From assembly GCF_004010195.1 (NCBI RefSeq), contig NC_057718.1, forward strand, positions 21,185,612 to 21,249,611: a stretch of 64,000 nucleotides of DNA, in the 5' to 3' direction. The notes under the pieces were generated by a model that was given only the letters and a program-made list of their open reading frames with translations, ran no database searches and was not told the DNA's origin. Position 1 is the first letter of the stretch; each line of letters begins with the position of its first letter. This stretch comes from Chiloscyllium plagiosum (lineage: Eukaryota). Positions 12,597 to 25,529 of this stretch are shown in pieces. The translations under genes and the position numbers were made by a program.

Positions 12597-13016
12597 CAGT
12601 TTTGAGAAGATTTGTAGATCAGGTTGAGGCTCTGGAGGTGGGTTTGCTTGCTGAGCTGGAAGGTTAGTTTTCAGACGTTTCTGCCATGGTGACATCATTT
12701 CCTATTCTCTTTCTCAGGGGGTGGTAAATGGGATCCAAGTCAATGTGTTTTGTGTCCAACTGGAACTCTATCAACAAACACATTCACTTGGATCCCTTTT
12801 ACCAAACCCTGAGAAGGACGACAGGAAATGACATCACCATAGGAGATGATGCCACTGCAGGAAATTACATGACCAATCCAAGGAAACTCAAACATATGAA
12901 TAGAAAGCGGGCTACATCACCAGTGCTTCATTCAGAGGCTTACTGAACATGTTACCTAATATGGTGACGAAACATCTGAAAACAAACCTTCCAGCTCAGC
13001 AAGCAAACCCACATCC
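12597..13016. mobile_element. PLE family B foldback mini-element
   Basis: Inverted arms (gctgagctggaagg / ccttccagctcagc) including the GIY-YIG C-terminal NSINKHIHLDP segment; TSD tgattaagcagc at 12585-12596 and tgattaagaagc at 13017-13028. Confidence 0.82.
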
Positions 13017-13324
13017 TGATTAAGAAGCATTTGAAACATTTTTAATTTCAGAGGTTGCACTACACCATCTACCAAGTCCAAATGAAACCCAAATGCCATG
13101 TTAATGATGCATGCAAACTTACAAGCAAACCTTGTTGCAAGATTATAACACAAAGTAAAGCAGTGTTATTTGTTGGTTGGATAACCCATTATTATATACA
13201 AAAAAAAGGAGCCTTATTATAAATAACCGTTCATTTGATTTAATGCAAATCAAAGAGTTGAAGATTGTTACTACATTTTATTCAGAAAGGAGTGTAATAC
13301 AAAATCAAAATTTTACAAAAATTC

Positions 13325-13990
13325 AGCCACAGGGTGCGAGCTTCATCTGCTGAGCCAACCTTTACTTTCCATCTGTAGCTGCCCTTGAGGTGGTGGTGGT
13401 GGTGGTGAGCTGTCTTCTTGAATCATCGCAGTGCATTCAGTGTTGGGTACATTCACAATGCTGTTAAGAGAAGGAATTCCAGGATTTTGACCCAGTGACA
13501 TTAAGGGAATGATGATGTATTTTCTAGTTTGGATGGTGAGTGTTTGGAGGGGAACTTGTAAATGGTGGTGTTCCCACATATCTGCTGTCTGTGATCCTCT
13601 AGATGATGTGTGTTTAGAAAGTGTTGTCTAATAAACCTTGGCAAATTTCTGTAGTGTATCTTGGTAAATGGCATACACTGGTGGGGGAGAAGGGAATGAA
13701 TGCTTCTGGATGTGCTGCCAATCAAGCAGGCAGCTTTCATCTGGATGGCATCAAGCTTCTACAGCTTCACTCATGCACACAAGCACTGGATTATTCCATC
13801 ACACCACTGACCTGTACCTTGAAGATGGTAGACAAGCACACAGAGGGGTCAGGAAGTGAGTTACTTCTCCTACCCCCCTGCTCTACTCACCACAGCATTT
13901 ATAAGGTTAATCCAGTTCAGTTTCTTGTGAATGTTAACCCTCAAGTTGTTGACTGTGGGTGGATTCAATGATGGTAAGGCTATTGAATGA
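13325..13990 (-). mobile_element. Old L2/CR1-like LINE 3' fragment
   Basis: Homologous (reverse complement) to 55100-55440 and 29470-30030; gcccttgaggtggtggt...gagctgtcttcttgaa motif. Confidence 0.65.
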
Positions 13991-13994
13991 CTGA

Positions 13995-14363
13995 GAGTCA
14001 TAGAGATGTACAGCCTGGAAAGAGACCTTTTGGTTCAACACGAGCATGCCAATCAAATATCCTAAATTAATCTAGTCCCCATTTGCCAGCACTTGGCCCA
14101 TATCCCTCGAAACTCTTCCTATTCATATACCTAATCCAGATGCCTTTTAAATGTTGTAATTGTACTAGCATCCACCATTTCCTCTGGCCACTCATTCTGT
14201 GCACGCACCACCCTCTGCATGAAAAAGTTACCACTGAGATCCCTTTCAAATCTTTCCCCTCTCACCCTAAATCTATATCCTCTAATTCTGGACTCCCCCA
14301 CACTAGGGAAAAGACCTTGGCTATTTAGCTCACCTGCGCCCCTCATGATTTTATAAACTTCTA
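13995..14363 (-). mobile_element. CR1 (HER1-like) LINE 3' end
   Basis: Peptide LFPSVGESRIRGYRFRVRGERFERDLSGNFFMQRVV...FKRHLD plus 3' UTR. Confidence 0.88.
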
Positions 14364-15543
14364 TTCACTGAAGAAATAATAAACTTTTCCTTGGATTACA
14401 ACAGTTGAAGAGTGCCTCAGCACAATGACCGATTCCTATCCAACACCAGCAATGTCAAGGTCATCCTCTCATTTCAAAATCATAAAGTGAAACATGAACT
14501 CCATCTATTAAATTATATTGGCACTGACTCCCACTCACCTCTCAAAACCAAAGCTCTAGTTTCTATGTGTTCAATCCCCAAGGTCAATCTTCATTGATTT
14601 CCTAAAGTAAAGTCTTGATTCACACTGACCTAACCCCCTTAAAAATTACTACAGTTTAGTGTCTTTCTGGTAACTCCTGATTCCACGTCCCAGATCTGCA
14701 TACTTTATGCTTTTGTAATTTCCCTGGAAAATTTTGAGGATGAATGACAATGTGTAAAATGACAGCATGGATCATCTAAGGATGAAATTCACACAATAAC
14801 TGGTCCAATTATTATACAACTAAATTTCAAATTTGACCAAAAGAAAACAAACATCCACTAGTTAAGAAATTGCAAAACATACAAAGCAGTCCAGTTTTTC
14901 CAGGATATGACCAGCATAAATACAAAGTCACTTCCTATTCTGCAGGAGTACTAGGACTTCCCTGCTTATCACTGCAAAATAGGATTAGACAAACAATTCT
15001 GACCTTGAGGGTCAAATGATCTGCAGTCGTTGCCATAGCAGTTTTCCAAACATTATCCTTTTTAAAAACAATTGATTATTTGCAATACAGTCTGCTACAG
15101 GAAGAGCACATCATACATCCCGACATATCAAAACAAAAGTGCTGTGTACATGGGACGTAACTACATACCTGCAAAACTGTTTGAGATTTCTTTAAAAAGT
15201 GACAGACTAGAAAGCATTTTTTTTTTGCGAAATGGGTGTGGTGGTTATCCGAGCTCACAAAGCAATCAAAACTGCAGATTGATGTACATTCTTACTTTAG
15301 AGAGGACATAAGTAGTTCAGAGAAGGTTCACTTGACTCATGCCTGGATAAGGGGCATATCGTACGAAGAATGATCAAATAACAGGTTACACCCATTAGGG
15401 TTTAGAGGAATGAAAGTCAATCTTACAAAAACATGTCATATTCGAAGAGAACTTCATAGGGTGGATTATAAAAGGATATTTTCCCTTGTTATGCAGCCTA
15501 AAACTAGGGTACACGTTTTAAAAATTGGGTTTCCATTTAAGAC

Positions 15544-15894
15544 TGAAAATGTGTTGCTGGAAAAGTGCAGCAGGTCAGGCAGCATCCAAGGAACAGGAGA
15601 ATCGACGTTTCGGGCACAAGCCCTTCTTTTAATGTTTGTTTAGTGTATGGATTCTTCTGTGGATGAAGAACAGTAGAGGTCCTTTGTCTACTGTTCTTCA
15701 TCCACAGAAGAATCCACACACTAAACAAACATTAAAATCTACTGTTCTTCATCCACAGAAGAATCCATACACTAAACAAACATATGCCCGAAACGTCGAT
15801 TCTCCTGTTCCTTGGATGCTGCCTGACCTGCTGCGCTTTTCCAGCAACACATTTTCAGCTCTGATCTCCAGCATCTGCAGTCCTCACTTTCTCC
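15544..15894. mobile_element. PLE family A foldback with captured internal palindrome
   Basis: Inverted arms 15545-15613 and 15787-15856 plus tail; 14-bp TSD tttccatttaagac at 15530-15543 and 15895-15908; foreign insert at about 15627-15783. Confidence 0.88.
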
Positions 15895-16004
15895 TTTCCA
15901 TTTAAGACCACAGGGAAGAGTTTTTTTTTCCTCTAGAGTCATTAGCGTTTGAAATACTCTTCAATGGAGAGCCATGGAGACTGGGTTACTGAATATATTT
16001 AAGT

Positions 16005-16140
16005 TTTTTTATTATTCAACCTTTTTTTTCCCCTCATCAACCTGCTGAAATATTATTACACCCCTCTGGAGTAGGTGGTACTTGAACTTGAATCTCCTAG
16101 TCCTGGGGTAGGGACACTACTATTGTGCCACAAGAGGGCT
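16005..16140 (-). mobile_element. Short tRNA-derived SINE
   Basis: Minus strand gccctcttgtggcacaatagtag...gttcaagtacc...ctccagaggggtgt...caggttgat plus A-rich tail. Confidence 0.55.
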
Positions 16141-16879
16141 GTTAGTTTTTCATCAACAAGGGAGTTGAGGGATATGGCGGGAGCAGGAATGTGGATTCGC
16201 GGTCAGCTATGAAATTATCAAATGGTAGAGCAGGACCTGGGAGCCAAATACCTTGGTCCTGGTCTTAAATTTTCTTGTGCTCACGTTACATTTTGTTACA
16301 TTTTAAATGTGCAATAAGGTTACGACAATCAGAATTAGTTGCACAGCAGGAAACTGTAACCTATCACTCATGTATAAAATGAATGAACGTTTGAAGTGTT
16401 AGCAAATCTAAGGGATTAGGTATTTGGGAAAAGGCAGATCATGTCTAACTAATCCAATTAAATATTTGAGAAGATCACAACAAAAACCTGAATTTTTACG
16501 CAATAACTTTAACATAGTAAAATATCCAAGGTGCTTCACAAGAGTATAATCAAACAAAAATAGATCTAAAGACTGAGCTAAGGAAGGATGGGTGATTAAT
16601 AGTGTGGTCAAAGTGGTTCGCTTTAATGAGTAATTTAAAGGACATTTAGGAACAGAATTCCGAAATGACTTAAGGCATCAACGTTAATGATGAGGAGAAG
16701 GAATTGAGAGTGTCTGAAAGGGTAGAGTCAGTGATATGTCATGTCCTTGGAAGACTGTAGACTGTAGACATGGAGGAGATTATACTTGAGCAGGTAGATA
16801 GATCAGTCATGGGTGGTGGAACAAGCTAAAGTGACTGAACTACCTAATCAAGTTCCTCCTGTTTGCTTAAGCTGAATAG

Positions 16880-17370
16880 ATACAGTTTAAAAACATACTT
16901 GCTCAACTTTAATCGTGCTTCATGCCAAAAGACTCATCAATAAATTGCATTGGGCTCAGACATAATGGGTTGTCTTATGGGGAAAGGTTGGATATTTTCG
17001 CATTGCATCCACTTGAGTTTAGAAGAGTAGGTGGTGACTGGTCAAAACATACAAGATCCTAATAGATCTGGAATGGATGTGGAAAGGAGGTTTCCTTTTA
17101 AGGCAGAATCTACAACTGGGAATCACTGTTTAAGAATAAAGGGTAGTCCATTTAACAAAAAATTAGGTGATTTTTCTCCTCACTCAGTAGGTTGAGAATC
17201 TTTGGAAGCACCTATTGAACAGGTTTCAAGTAGACATGGATAAAATCTGGATAAGGAAGTGAAAGGTTATCGAGGTAGATGGGAATGTGGATTTGAGGTT
17301 ACAATCAGATCAGCCATGATCATCTTAAAAGGCAGAGCAGACTGAAGAGATAAAAATGTCCTACTCCTGA
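16880..17370 (+). mobile_element. Old CR1 3' fragment
   Basis: gagtttagaagagt...atcagccatgatc...cctactcctg motifs. Confidence 0.65.
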
Positions 17371-17376
17371 TCCTTA

Positions 17377-17591
17377 CAGTCTATTCTGATATAGCATATG
17401 ATAGTTCCGTTCCCATGCGATCCCACATTATAAAAAAATCGCATAATAGCAGCATCATTTAAACCAATGGGACAGGAATCATGCCAATACAGATAAGAAA
17501 AGTTTGCATTCTATAAATAATGCTCTAAAATCTTCAATCATGTTATAGCCAATTAGCGTTGAAGAAATGCTCATTGTAGCAGAAGCAACTA
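17377..17591. mobile_element. pogo/Tigger-like MITE, degraded
   Basis: Starts ta|cagtctattctgatatagc and ends tgtagcagaagcaacta (imperfect TIRs); the interior is the reverse complement of 27638-27830. Confidence 0.6.
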
Positions 17592-18647
17592 TGTTTGTGA
17601 AACCAACATTTTAATACACTATGGTACAACATACTGGAAATCCAACATATTCCATTACCATCTCATGTCAATTAGAAATTCAGTTCAGTTAGGCACAAAA
17701 CTCTTACTTTTTATGGTATACATCTGTTTTTAAAATCTATTATTTAGGCCCTTACTTTGTAGGACTGTCACTAATATACTCAAGTAATTTGAATCCAAAA
17801 CAGGTTCCATCTTAATCATTAATATAAAGAATCTACAATTCAGGAACAAATAAAAGTCCAAACAAACAAATTAGCCATCAATGGAGTCAGAAATGCTTCC
17901 AATGTATTTTTTGGTAAGGTCTTCTTTAGGGACCCAAGAAAACAACTTTCTATCCATTTGGGCAATCTTTTCTAAAGGAGGAGGAGTTTCGTGATCTAAA
18001 GGATTCAGTTTTTTTTTTCGATTCCTCATTTGTTTCCTTCAGCTCGACTCAACTCTGTATTGTGTGGACAAGCAAAAAAAAAATCCTTTGGGCATCATTC
18101 AATATAGTTCTAAAACTGGACTCGAGGAGGTGTATAATCTATCTCCAATATTTATTTCCCTTTGGAGTAAAACATCTGGGACTCTGCCCTGCATATTATC
18201 AGGATAACACAAGATTATATAGATATGAGGTTAAGAGCTTGAAATACAAATCCTACTTCTCACTAGACAGCATAGTGCTTCCAGTAGCACCCTGTAGAAA
18301 CATCAGGGAAGAATAAAACGCATGGCTTTAGCTTATAAGGTCCTGAAAGTACAATTTTCCGACTGCATATTTAATCAGATTATATTGTTTCATAAGTCCT
18401 TAAAATTATATAATCCATGCGCACTTTCAAAACTGTTTTGACGCAGAATTACACAGTTACTCAATGCCTCTCAATCATCATCCATTAGAGCCCCACTTTA
18501 CATAGGTTAACACAGTGACTCAGCAAATACCTATTTTAGAAAAATTCAAAACCGCATCCAGTTCTGCAGCATATACCAGGTTTTACTGCTTTACTGGGGT
18601 GTCTTATGAAGTCTTTATCACAAGAAGCAAATGAACAGTATCCCATC

Positions 18648-18778
18648 AATAAAAGCAAAATACTGCAGATGCTATACATCTGAAACAGAAACAGAAAGTA
18701 ACTCAGGAGGTCTGAAAGCAACTGAGGAGAAAGAAACAGAGTTAAAGCATCAAGTCCAATATGTCTCTTCTTTAGAAC
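18648..18778 (-). mobile_element. Old PLE family A terminal remnant
   Basis: aaagcaaaatactgcagatgct...ctcaggaggtctg...aaacagagttaa. Confidence 0.55.
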
Positions 18779-19774
18779 AGAAATTTTACTCCAACAGTGT
18801 CTGTCTTGAACTACCAACAATATTAAACAAAATTAAAAACCTCAGGTCCTGCTCTGAAATTAGTAGTGTACAAGAAACATAAAATGAACCATTCGCAATC
18901 ACCAACCCAGCGACTTGTAACACAGCAAGTCCTCACTTTACATCGTCCTGTACAACTTAATCTGGGTCTAAATCATTTCTTTCTTAGGGTCTGTTTTTCC
19001 AATTTACGTTGCGATTTATGTTTTTACATCATCACTGCTCATTTCCATCGGCAAAGCAGCAGAACAATGCTGATATGAAGGAGTTGCCTGGGGACTCTTG
19101 CCCTGCTTGAGGCCTCATTCCATAGGCTAGAAGTATTCATGATTACTTTTTTGTACATTCAGGTAATAGAGATTGAGGAGTGGCTCCCTGGGAAGCAAGG
19201 GAGAAATATGTTTGGATCCCAACTTCAATTTATAAATCAATCCTTACGAAGAAGAATGATTTGCTAAATTTTGTTTCACTTAATGACCCTTTTAAAGAAC
19301 ACAATTGGGGCCTTAAGTTGGGAACTACTATAATGGAGAACACTGCACATCAAGAAATGAACTCTTAGAATGTGACTACGTTTGTTTAACAGATATTTCA
19401 AAATTTCCATTTTAAAAGCCTCAAGTGTTTGGAGAATGGAGAACTCTTGAAGTATGAACACAAGCTCTCAAAGTTCAATTTGTGCCAAAACTGTTTTATG
19501 AGAAACTTCAATACGAGGACAGATTGAAGAAGTTGAGAGTGTTCTCCTGAGACAAGAGAAGATTGTCAGAGGATTTACAAAATCATGAGCAGGCTGTTCA
19601 GAATAGAGAGAAAGAAGTTGGTCTCCTCGTAAAGAACAAGAACAAAAGAGCATATATTTAAAGTGATGTGCAAAAGAAGCAAAGATGATGCAAGTAATTA
19701 GAGTATGGAATAGTCTTGAAGTACTACATACTATTATAATGTATAAGATGAGGCAGCTAATATATGCATAACAA

Positions 19775-20400
19775 AATAGAACCACAGAAATGATACAGCA
19801 CAGAACAGGGCCTTTTGGCCCATCTTGTCCATGCCAATCCAAAGATATCCAGATGCAGTTTCTAATTCTATCTTACTGTACACAGTCCATAGCCCTACAG
19901 TTTACAGCACTTGTACAGATTTAGGTACTTTTAAAAGAGATTAGGATCTCTGCCTTCACCACCAACTTAGGCAATGAATTCCAATCACCCACCACACTCT
20001 GCTTAAAAAACATTTTCCTCGCATCCAATCTAATCCTTCTGCCACTTAGCTTGATTTTTGATCCCTGGCTTTTGAACTTCCTGCTAAGGGAAACAGGTTC
20101 CTCCTGCCTACTCTATTTCTACCCTTCACAATTTTGTTTTCCTCAATCATGCTGCCCCACATCCTTCACTGTTCCAAAGAAAACAGCCCCAACTTCTCAA
20201 ATCTCTCTTCATGGCTACAATTCTCCAACCCTATCAAACATTCTAGTAAATTTCCTCTGCACTTTCTCCAGAGCAATTACGGCCTTCCTGTAATGTGGTG
20301 ATCTTATACAGTTTTATCCTTATGTCTCTACTTTTGTATTCTATACCTCTGCCAATAAAGGAGAGCATTCCACATCTTCTTCCCAAGCTTAACTAATTGT
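19775..20400 (-). mobile_element. Degraded CR1 3' fragment
   Basis: Begins with the CR1 3' UTR complement (acagcacagaacagggcc) and continues into the ORF2 C-terminus. Confidence 0.65.
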
Positions 20401-20424
20401 ATTGCTACTGAGATCCAACAAATA

Positions 20425-22282
20425 ACAATGTAATCATGACCAGATAATTTCTTTTCATGACATTGAAGGAAGGATAACTACTGGTTGTTACCAGGGATTA
20501 ATCTTCTGATCTTTCTCTAGGTATGTCAGGAATAAAAGAATGACTAGGGTAGGAATAGGTCCAGTCAAGGATAGTAGTGGGAAGTTGCGTGTGGAGGCTG
20601 AAAAGATTGGGGAGACACTGAATGAATACATTTCGTCAGTATTCTCAGGAGCAGGACATTGTTGTTGATATGAATACTGAGTCACAATTAATTAGAATGG
20701 ACGGTTTTGAGGTATGTAGGGAAGAGGTGTTGGAAATTCTGGAAAGGGTGAAAATAGATAAGTCCCCTGGGCCTGATGGCATTTATCCTAGGATTCTCTG
20801 GGAAGCAAGGGAGGAAATTGCAAAGCCATTGGCCTTGATTTTTATGTCCTCATTGTCTATAGGAATACTGCCAGAAGACTGGAGGATAGCAAATGTGGTT
20901 CCTTTGTTCAAGAAAGGGAGTAGGGATAACCTTAGTAACTATAGGCCAGTGAGTCTCACTTCTGTTGTGGGCAAAGTCTTAGAGACAATTGTAAGGGATA
21001 GGATTTATGAACATCTGGATAGGAATAATGTGATCAAGGATAGTCAGCATGGTTTTGTGAAGGGCAGGTCGTGCCTCACAAACCTTATTGAATTCTTTGA
21101 GAAGGTGACTAAGGAGGTGGACGAGGGTAAAGCGGTATATATGGATTTTAGTAAGGCATTTGATAAGGTTCCCCATTGTAGGCTACTGCAAAAAATACGG
21201 AGGTATGGCATTGAGGGCAAGTTGGAGGTTTGGATTAGGAATTGGCTGACTGGAAGAAGACAGAGGGTAGTAGCTGATGACAAAGGTTCATCTTGGAGTG
21301 CCGTCACTAGCGGTGTTCTGCAAGGATCTGTTTTGGGACCATTGCTGTTTGTCATTTTTATAAATGACCTGGAGGAGGGGCTAGAAGGTTGGGTGAGCAA
21401 GTTTGCGGATGATTGAGCAGAGGGTTCTTGGTGTCCATGTACACAGATCTTTGAAAGTTGCCACCCAGGTAAATAGTGCGGTGAAGAAGGCATATGGCGT
21501 ACTGGCTTTTATTGGTAGAGGAATTGAGTTCCGGAGCCCTGAGGTCATGTTGCAGTTGTATAAGACTCTGGTGCGGCTGCATCTGGAGTATTGTGTGCAG
21601 TTTTGGTCGCCATACTATAGGAAGGATGTGGAGGCACTGGAACGGGTGCAGAGGTTTACTAGGATGTTGCCTGGTATGGTAGGAAGATCGTATGAGGAAA
21701 GGCTGAGACACTTGGGGCTGTTTTCATTGGAGAAAAGAAGGTTTAGGGGTGACTTGATAGAGGTGTACAAGATGATTACAGGTTTAGATAGGGTTGACCA
21801 TGAGAACCTTTTTCCACGTATGGAGTCAGCTATTACGAAGTGGCATAGCTTTAAATTAAGGGGTGGTAGGTATAGAACAGATGTTAGGGGTAGATTCTTT
21901 ACTCAGCGAGTCGCGAGTTCATGGAATGCCATGCCAGTAGCAGTGGTGGACTCTCCCTCTTTATGGGCATTTAAACGGGCATTGGATAGGCATATGGAGG
22001 ATAGTGGGCTAGTGTAGGTTAGGTGGGCTTGGATCGGCGCAACATTGAGGGCCAAAGGGCCTGTACTGCATGTATTTTTCTATGTTCTATCCAAAGAATG
22101 CCATAGGATCTTTTGCATTTATGTGAAAGGAAGATAGGGTCTTAGTTTAACATCTCACCAAAAAGACATCAACCTCCTTCAACAGTGCCAGACCAGACTC
22201 CTGTGTCCAAGTCCTGACTTGGACTCAAACCCACAACAGCCTGACTCATTGGCAAGAGTGCTGTCAAATGAGTCAGAGCTGA
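20425..22282 (-). mobile_element. Deu-domain SINE (SacSINE1/AmnSINE1-like), split by the CR1 at 20513-22090
   Basis: The pieces at 20425-20512 and 22090-22282 rejoin to match 40808-41200; complement of the Deu domain (gccataggatcttttgcat...tttaacatctcacc) and a tRNA-like head (ggactcaaaccc). Confidence 0.6.
20513..22090 (+). mobile_element. Young 5'-truncated CR1 LINE (RT domain plus 3' end) with internal deletion
   Basis: ORF 20622-21416 KSPGPDG...NYRPVSLTS...QHGF...QGSVLGP...SKFADD, then ORF2 C-terminus 21413-22017 and a ttctatgttctat tail. Confidence 0.95.
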
Positions 22283-23695
22283 AGCCTACTGAAGAGAAAT
22301 ACAATCTATCCTTTGAAAACGCAGATAGCATATAATGTGTTATCAATGAAGTTCCTGATTGCATAATTTAAGTTTCACGTGAACAATTTAAGATTAAAAT
22401 AATTCAGCAAATGCTCAGAAACACACAGGTCTCGGATTCTCATTAACGTGCACTGGTTAGGTGCAACTCATCGATGAGTGAGTTGAACTGCTGAAGAAAA
22501 GCTGATGGCTCAGGGAGTAAATCCTGACAAAAAAAAACTGAGACTAAATATACTTTAAGCTGTATTATTCAAACTGCACTAAAGTACCACTTTTAAATAT
22601 ATCGAGGAAGGTTTTTAACAATTTTTGCAAAAATTATTACATTCCATTACACTACCTGGTTTCTTTGGTTCAGGGCAAATTTTGCATTTGTTAATGAACA
22701 AAGTTAATTTGAAGAAGAATTGGAGGAAGACGTTTCTCAAAACAAATGAAGATTCTGGGGTGCATCTTGAATGACTTTCATGCCTGGTTTTGGTTGCATG
22801 AACACAAATCTCACTATTTTCCATTTTAATCAATCTTTCAATAATCCAACTCCTGGTAGCATAATGATCAGAAAGAATGATATTAATGTGTTGATGAGTA
22901 AATTGATTGAAGAAATAAACAATGATAATCATAACAGTGCAATATAATCCGTGATTTATTTAGCTCCACCATTGAATGTGGGGAGAGTAATGTCTGTTAA
23001 GATTGTTTACAAATAAACAGACTTACTCAAAAATTAATGGATGGATTTCAATGAAACCTGATACACAGTTGGGCCAGAAGAACTAATTAGTTGTTGGCAA
23101 AGAATGTGGATCCAGATCCCAGAATGTTTTGCAAAGGATTCATTAACATTAGGAGTTTCAGCAATCAACTTTGTTTTGGAGTGGTTTGCATTTTCTCAGC
23201 TGCAAGTTGCCATAACTGTCAAAACATGAGCACAATTTGCACAGCAAGTAATTTGATATGAATTGATTTGAAAAGAAGCGGGAGCTTTTAATAAAGATTT
23301 ACTTTTTTTCAGCTTAGTAATTACAGAGCATCAACCAGGTAAAAAGCCTCAAAGGGAGAACTGCACAATATTGAGGTAACACAGCATGGCAGAGGTTTTT
23401 CATTTTTCACTATTCTGACATGGGACGCTGTCATCATTGGCAAAATCAGCATTCAGCACCTATTCCTCATTGCTCTTGAGCTGTTTAGCTTGCTAAGCCA
23501 TTTCAGAGGACTTAAGAGTCAACATTACTGTACATCTGGAGTCACATGTACACCAGATTATTTCAGAAATCAGCATCTGACCATGATTTCAATTAATCGC
23601 AATTCCATCGTTAATATTTACTAATTTTTCCACGTAAAACAAGTCACAAGCAATACTTTTTAAAATATCTGCAGTCATGGCTCAGACAAGCTTGT

Positions 23696-24012
23696 TTAGA
23701 TTCCCTACAGTGTGGAAACAGGCCCTTTGGCTCAACAAGTCCACACCGACCCTCTGAAGAGTAACCCACGCAAACCCATTCCCCTCCATTTACCCCTGAT
23801 TAATGCACCTAACACTATGGACAATTTAGCATGGCCAATTCACCCAACCTGCACATTTTTGGATTGTGGGAGGAAACCAGAGCACCTAGAGGAAACCCAC
23901 GCAGACATAGGGAGAATGGGCAAACTCCACACAGTCGACCGAGGAAGGAATCAAACCTGGGACCCTGGTGTTGAGAGATAGCAGTGCTAACCACTGAGCC
24001 ACTGTGCCGCCC
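23696..24012 (-). mobile_element. HE1-type V-SINE
   Basis: Reverse complement of the 4115-4446 family. Confidence 0.9.
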
Positions 24013-24589
24013 CGGTTTAATTCCACCTCTCAACTCCCCACATGTGAAGTAGGAAGAGTTGCAATAAATGCTTGAAAAAGTTCAGCTGATTTAGTACACA
24101 GGAGCTCATAAACTTATAACCAGGATAGGAAATAGGCCACAAATACTGGAAATAAAAATACTGCACTGGTGTCTAATCTGACAGCCAACTGTTTGAGGGA
24201 AAGTAGCAAATTTCTGTTGTAAACATTACCCATTTCCCACAGATATTTCATTCTTTAGTCTTTGTATTCCTGATTATGTGAATAAAGGTTTTAGCCTTTT
24301 TTTTTGCAAGTCACTCATCATCAAAATGAATGATTGGAAACCAGGAGAAGGAACAAATTAAGAATTAAAACTGTTAACTTTGAAAAAGACATGAATAAAA
24401 TAAAATACATGAACCAAGTAGATAGGAAGTCAATGAGAGCACGAGAGTTTAAAGAAAAGATGCTCTTAAAATAAATAGGACAGGATTGAAACACCAGTAA
24501 AATTTTTCCTGACAGGACTTACTGGGGGTAATTCAGGAGGCATAGCAGAAATCTCTCTCAAGCAAGAAGAGCATATTAAGGGAAGGATG

Positions 24590-25465
24590 ACAGCCAGTGA
24601 CCTGTGAAGTTCCACAAAGAATCAATGTTGACACTATTTATGTAGTACATTCATGATCTAGACAAAGGGATTGACAGCACAGACTAGGACAGTGGGTAAA
24701 GAAATGGCTGATGGAATATCTTATGGGAAAGTATGATGTTAGGCACTTTGATAGGAAGAACAGAGGTTTAGACTATTTTGTTAATGAGAAAAGATTTCAG
24801 AAATCTGAAACACGAAGATTCTTGAGAATCCTAGGTCATTATTTTCTTCAGGTTAACGTACAGGCTCATTTGGCAGTTAGGAAGATAAATGTAATGTTAG
24901 CATTCATTTTATGAAGGCGAGAATACTGGAGCAGAGATGTACTGCTGAGGCTGCATAAGGTCTGACAGCATTTGTAATATTGTCAGCAGGTTTTGGCCCT
25001 GTATCTAAAGATGGATGTGTGGGCATTGGAGGAGTGCGTAAGAGGTTCACAAGAAGCGGTTGAGGATCCTGGGTTTATATTCAATGAAGCTTAGAAGGGG
25101 AATCTCATTGAAACTTACAAAATACAAAGGCGCCTGTATACAGTGGACATGGAGAAGATGTTTTCACTAGTAGGAGAAACTAGGACCAAAGACAGACTTA
25201 GAATGAAGACACCACACTCTGGAACTGAAATGAGTAGGAATTTCTTTAGCCAGAGGTGGTGAATCTGTGGAACTCATTGCCAAATACTGCTGTGCAGTCC
25301 AAGTCACTAAGTATTGTTAAGAGATACACTAGTTCTTAATTAGTAAGGGGACCAAGGGCTATGGGGAGAATGGGAAGAGAATGGGATTGAGAAACTGATC
25401 AGCCATGGCTGAATGGCAGAGCAGACTTGATGTGCTAATTCTGCTCCGACGTCTTATGGTCTTAT
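24590..25465 (+). mobile_element. Old CR1 3' region
   Basis: Peptide KYDVRHFDRKNRGLDYFVN; 3' UTR atcagccatggctgaatggcagagcagact...tcttatggtcttatg. Confidence 0.75.
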
Positions 25466-25529
25466 GGACATTTCAGGATAGCTTTAGTTCAGGGACAATA
25501 GTGATTAATGTAATTGGAATATTCTTAGA

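Larger units (their letters stand above)
15305..16270 (+). mobile_element. Old CR1 3' fragment, interrupted by a PLE and a short SINE
   Basis: gttcagagaaggttcact...tttagaggaatga...ccatttaagac...ggtcagctatga motifs. Confidence 0.65.

Noticed and set aside
15627..15783. Repeat-spacer-like pattern suggesting a CRISPR array
   Set aside because: Only three units in mixed orientation with no unique spacers, inside a eukaryotic retroelement.
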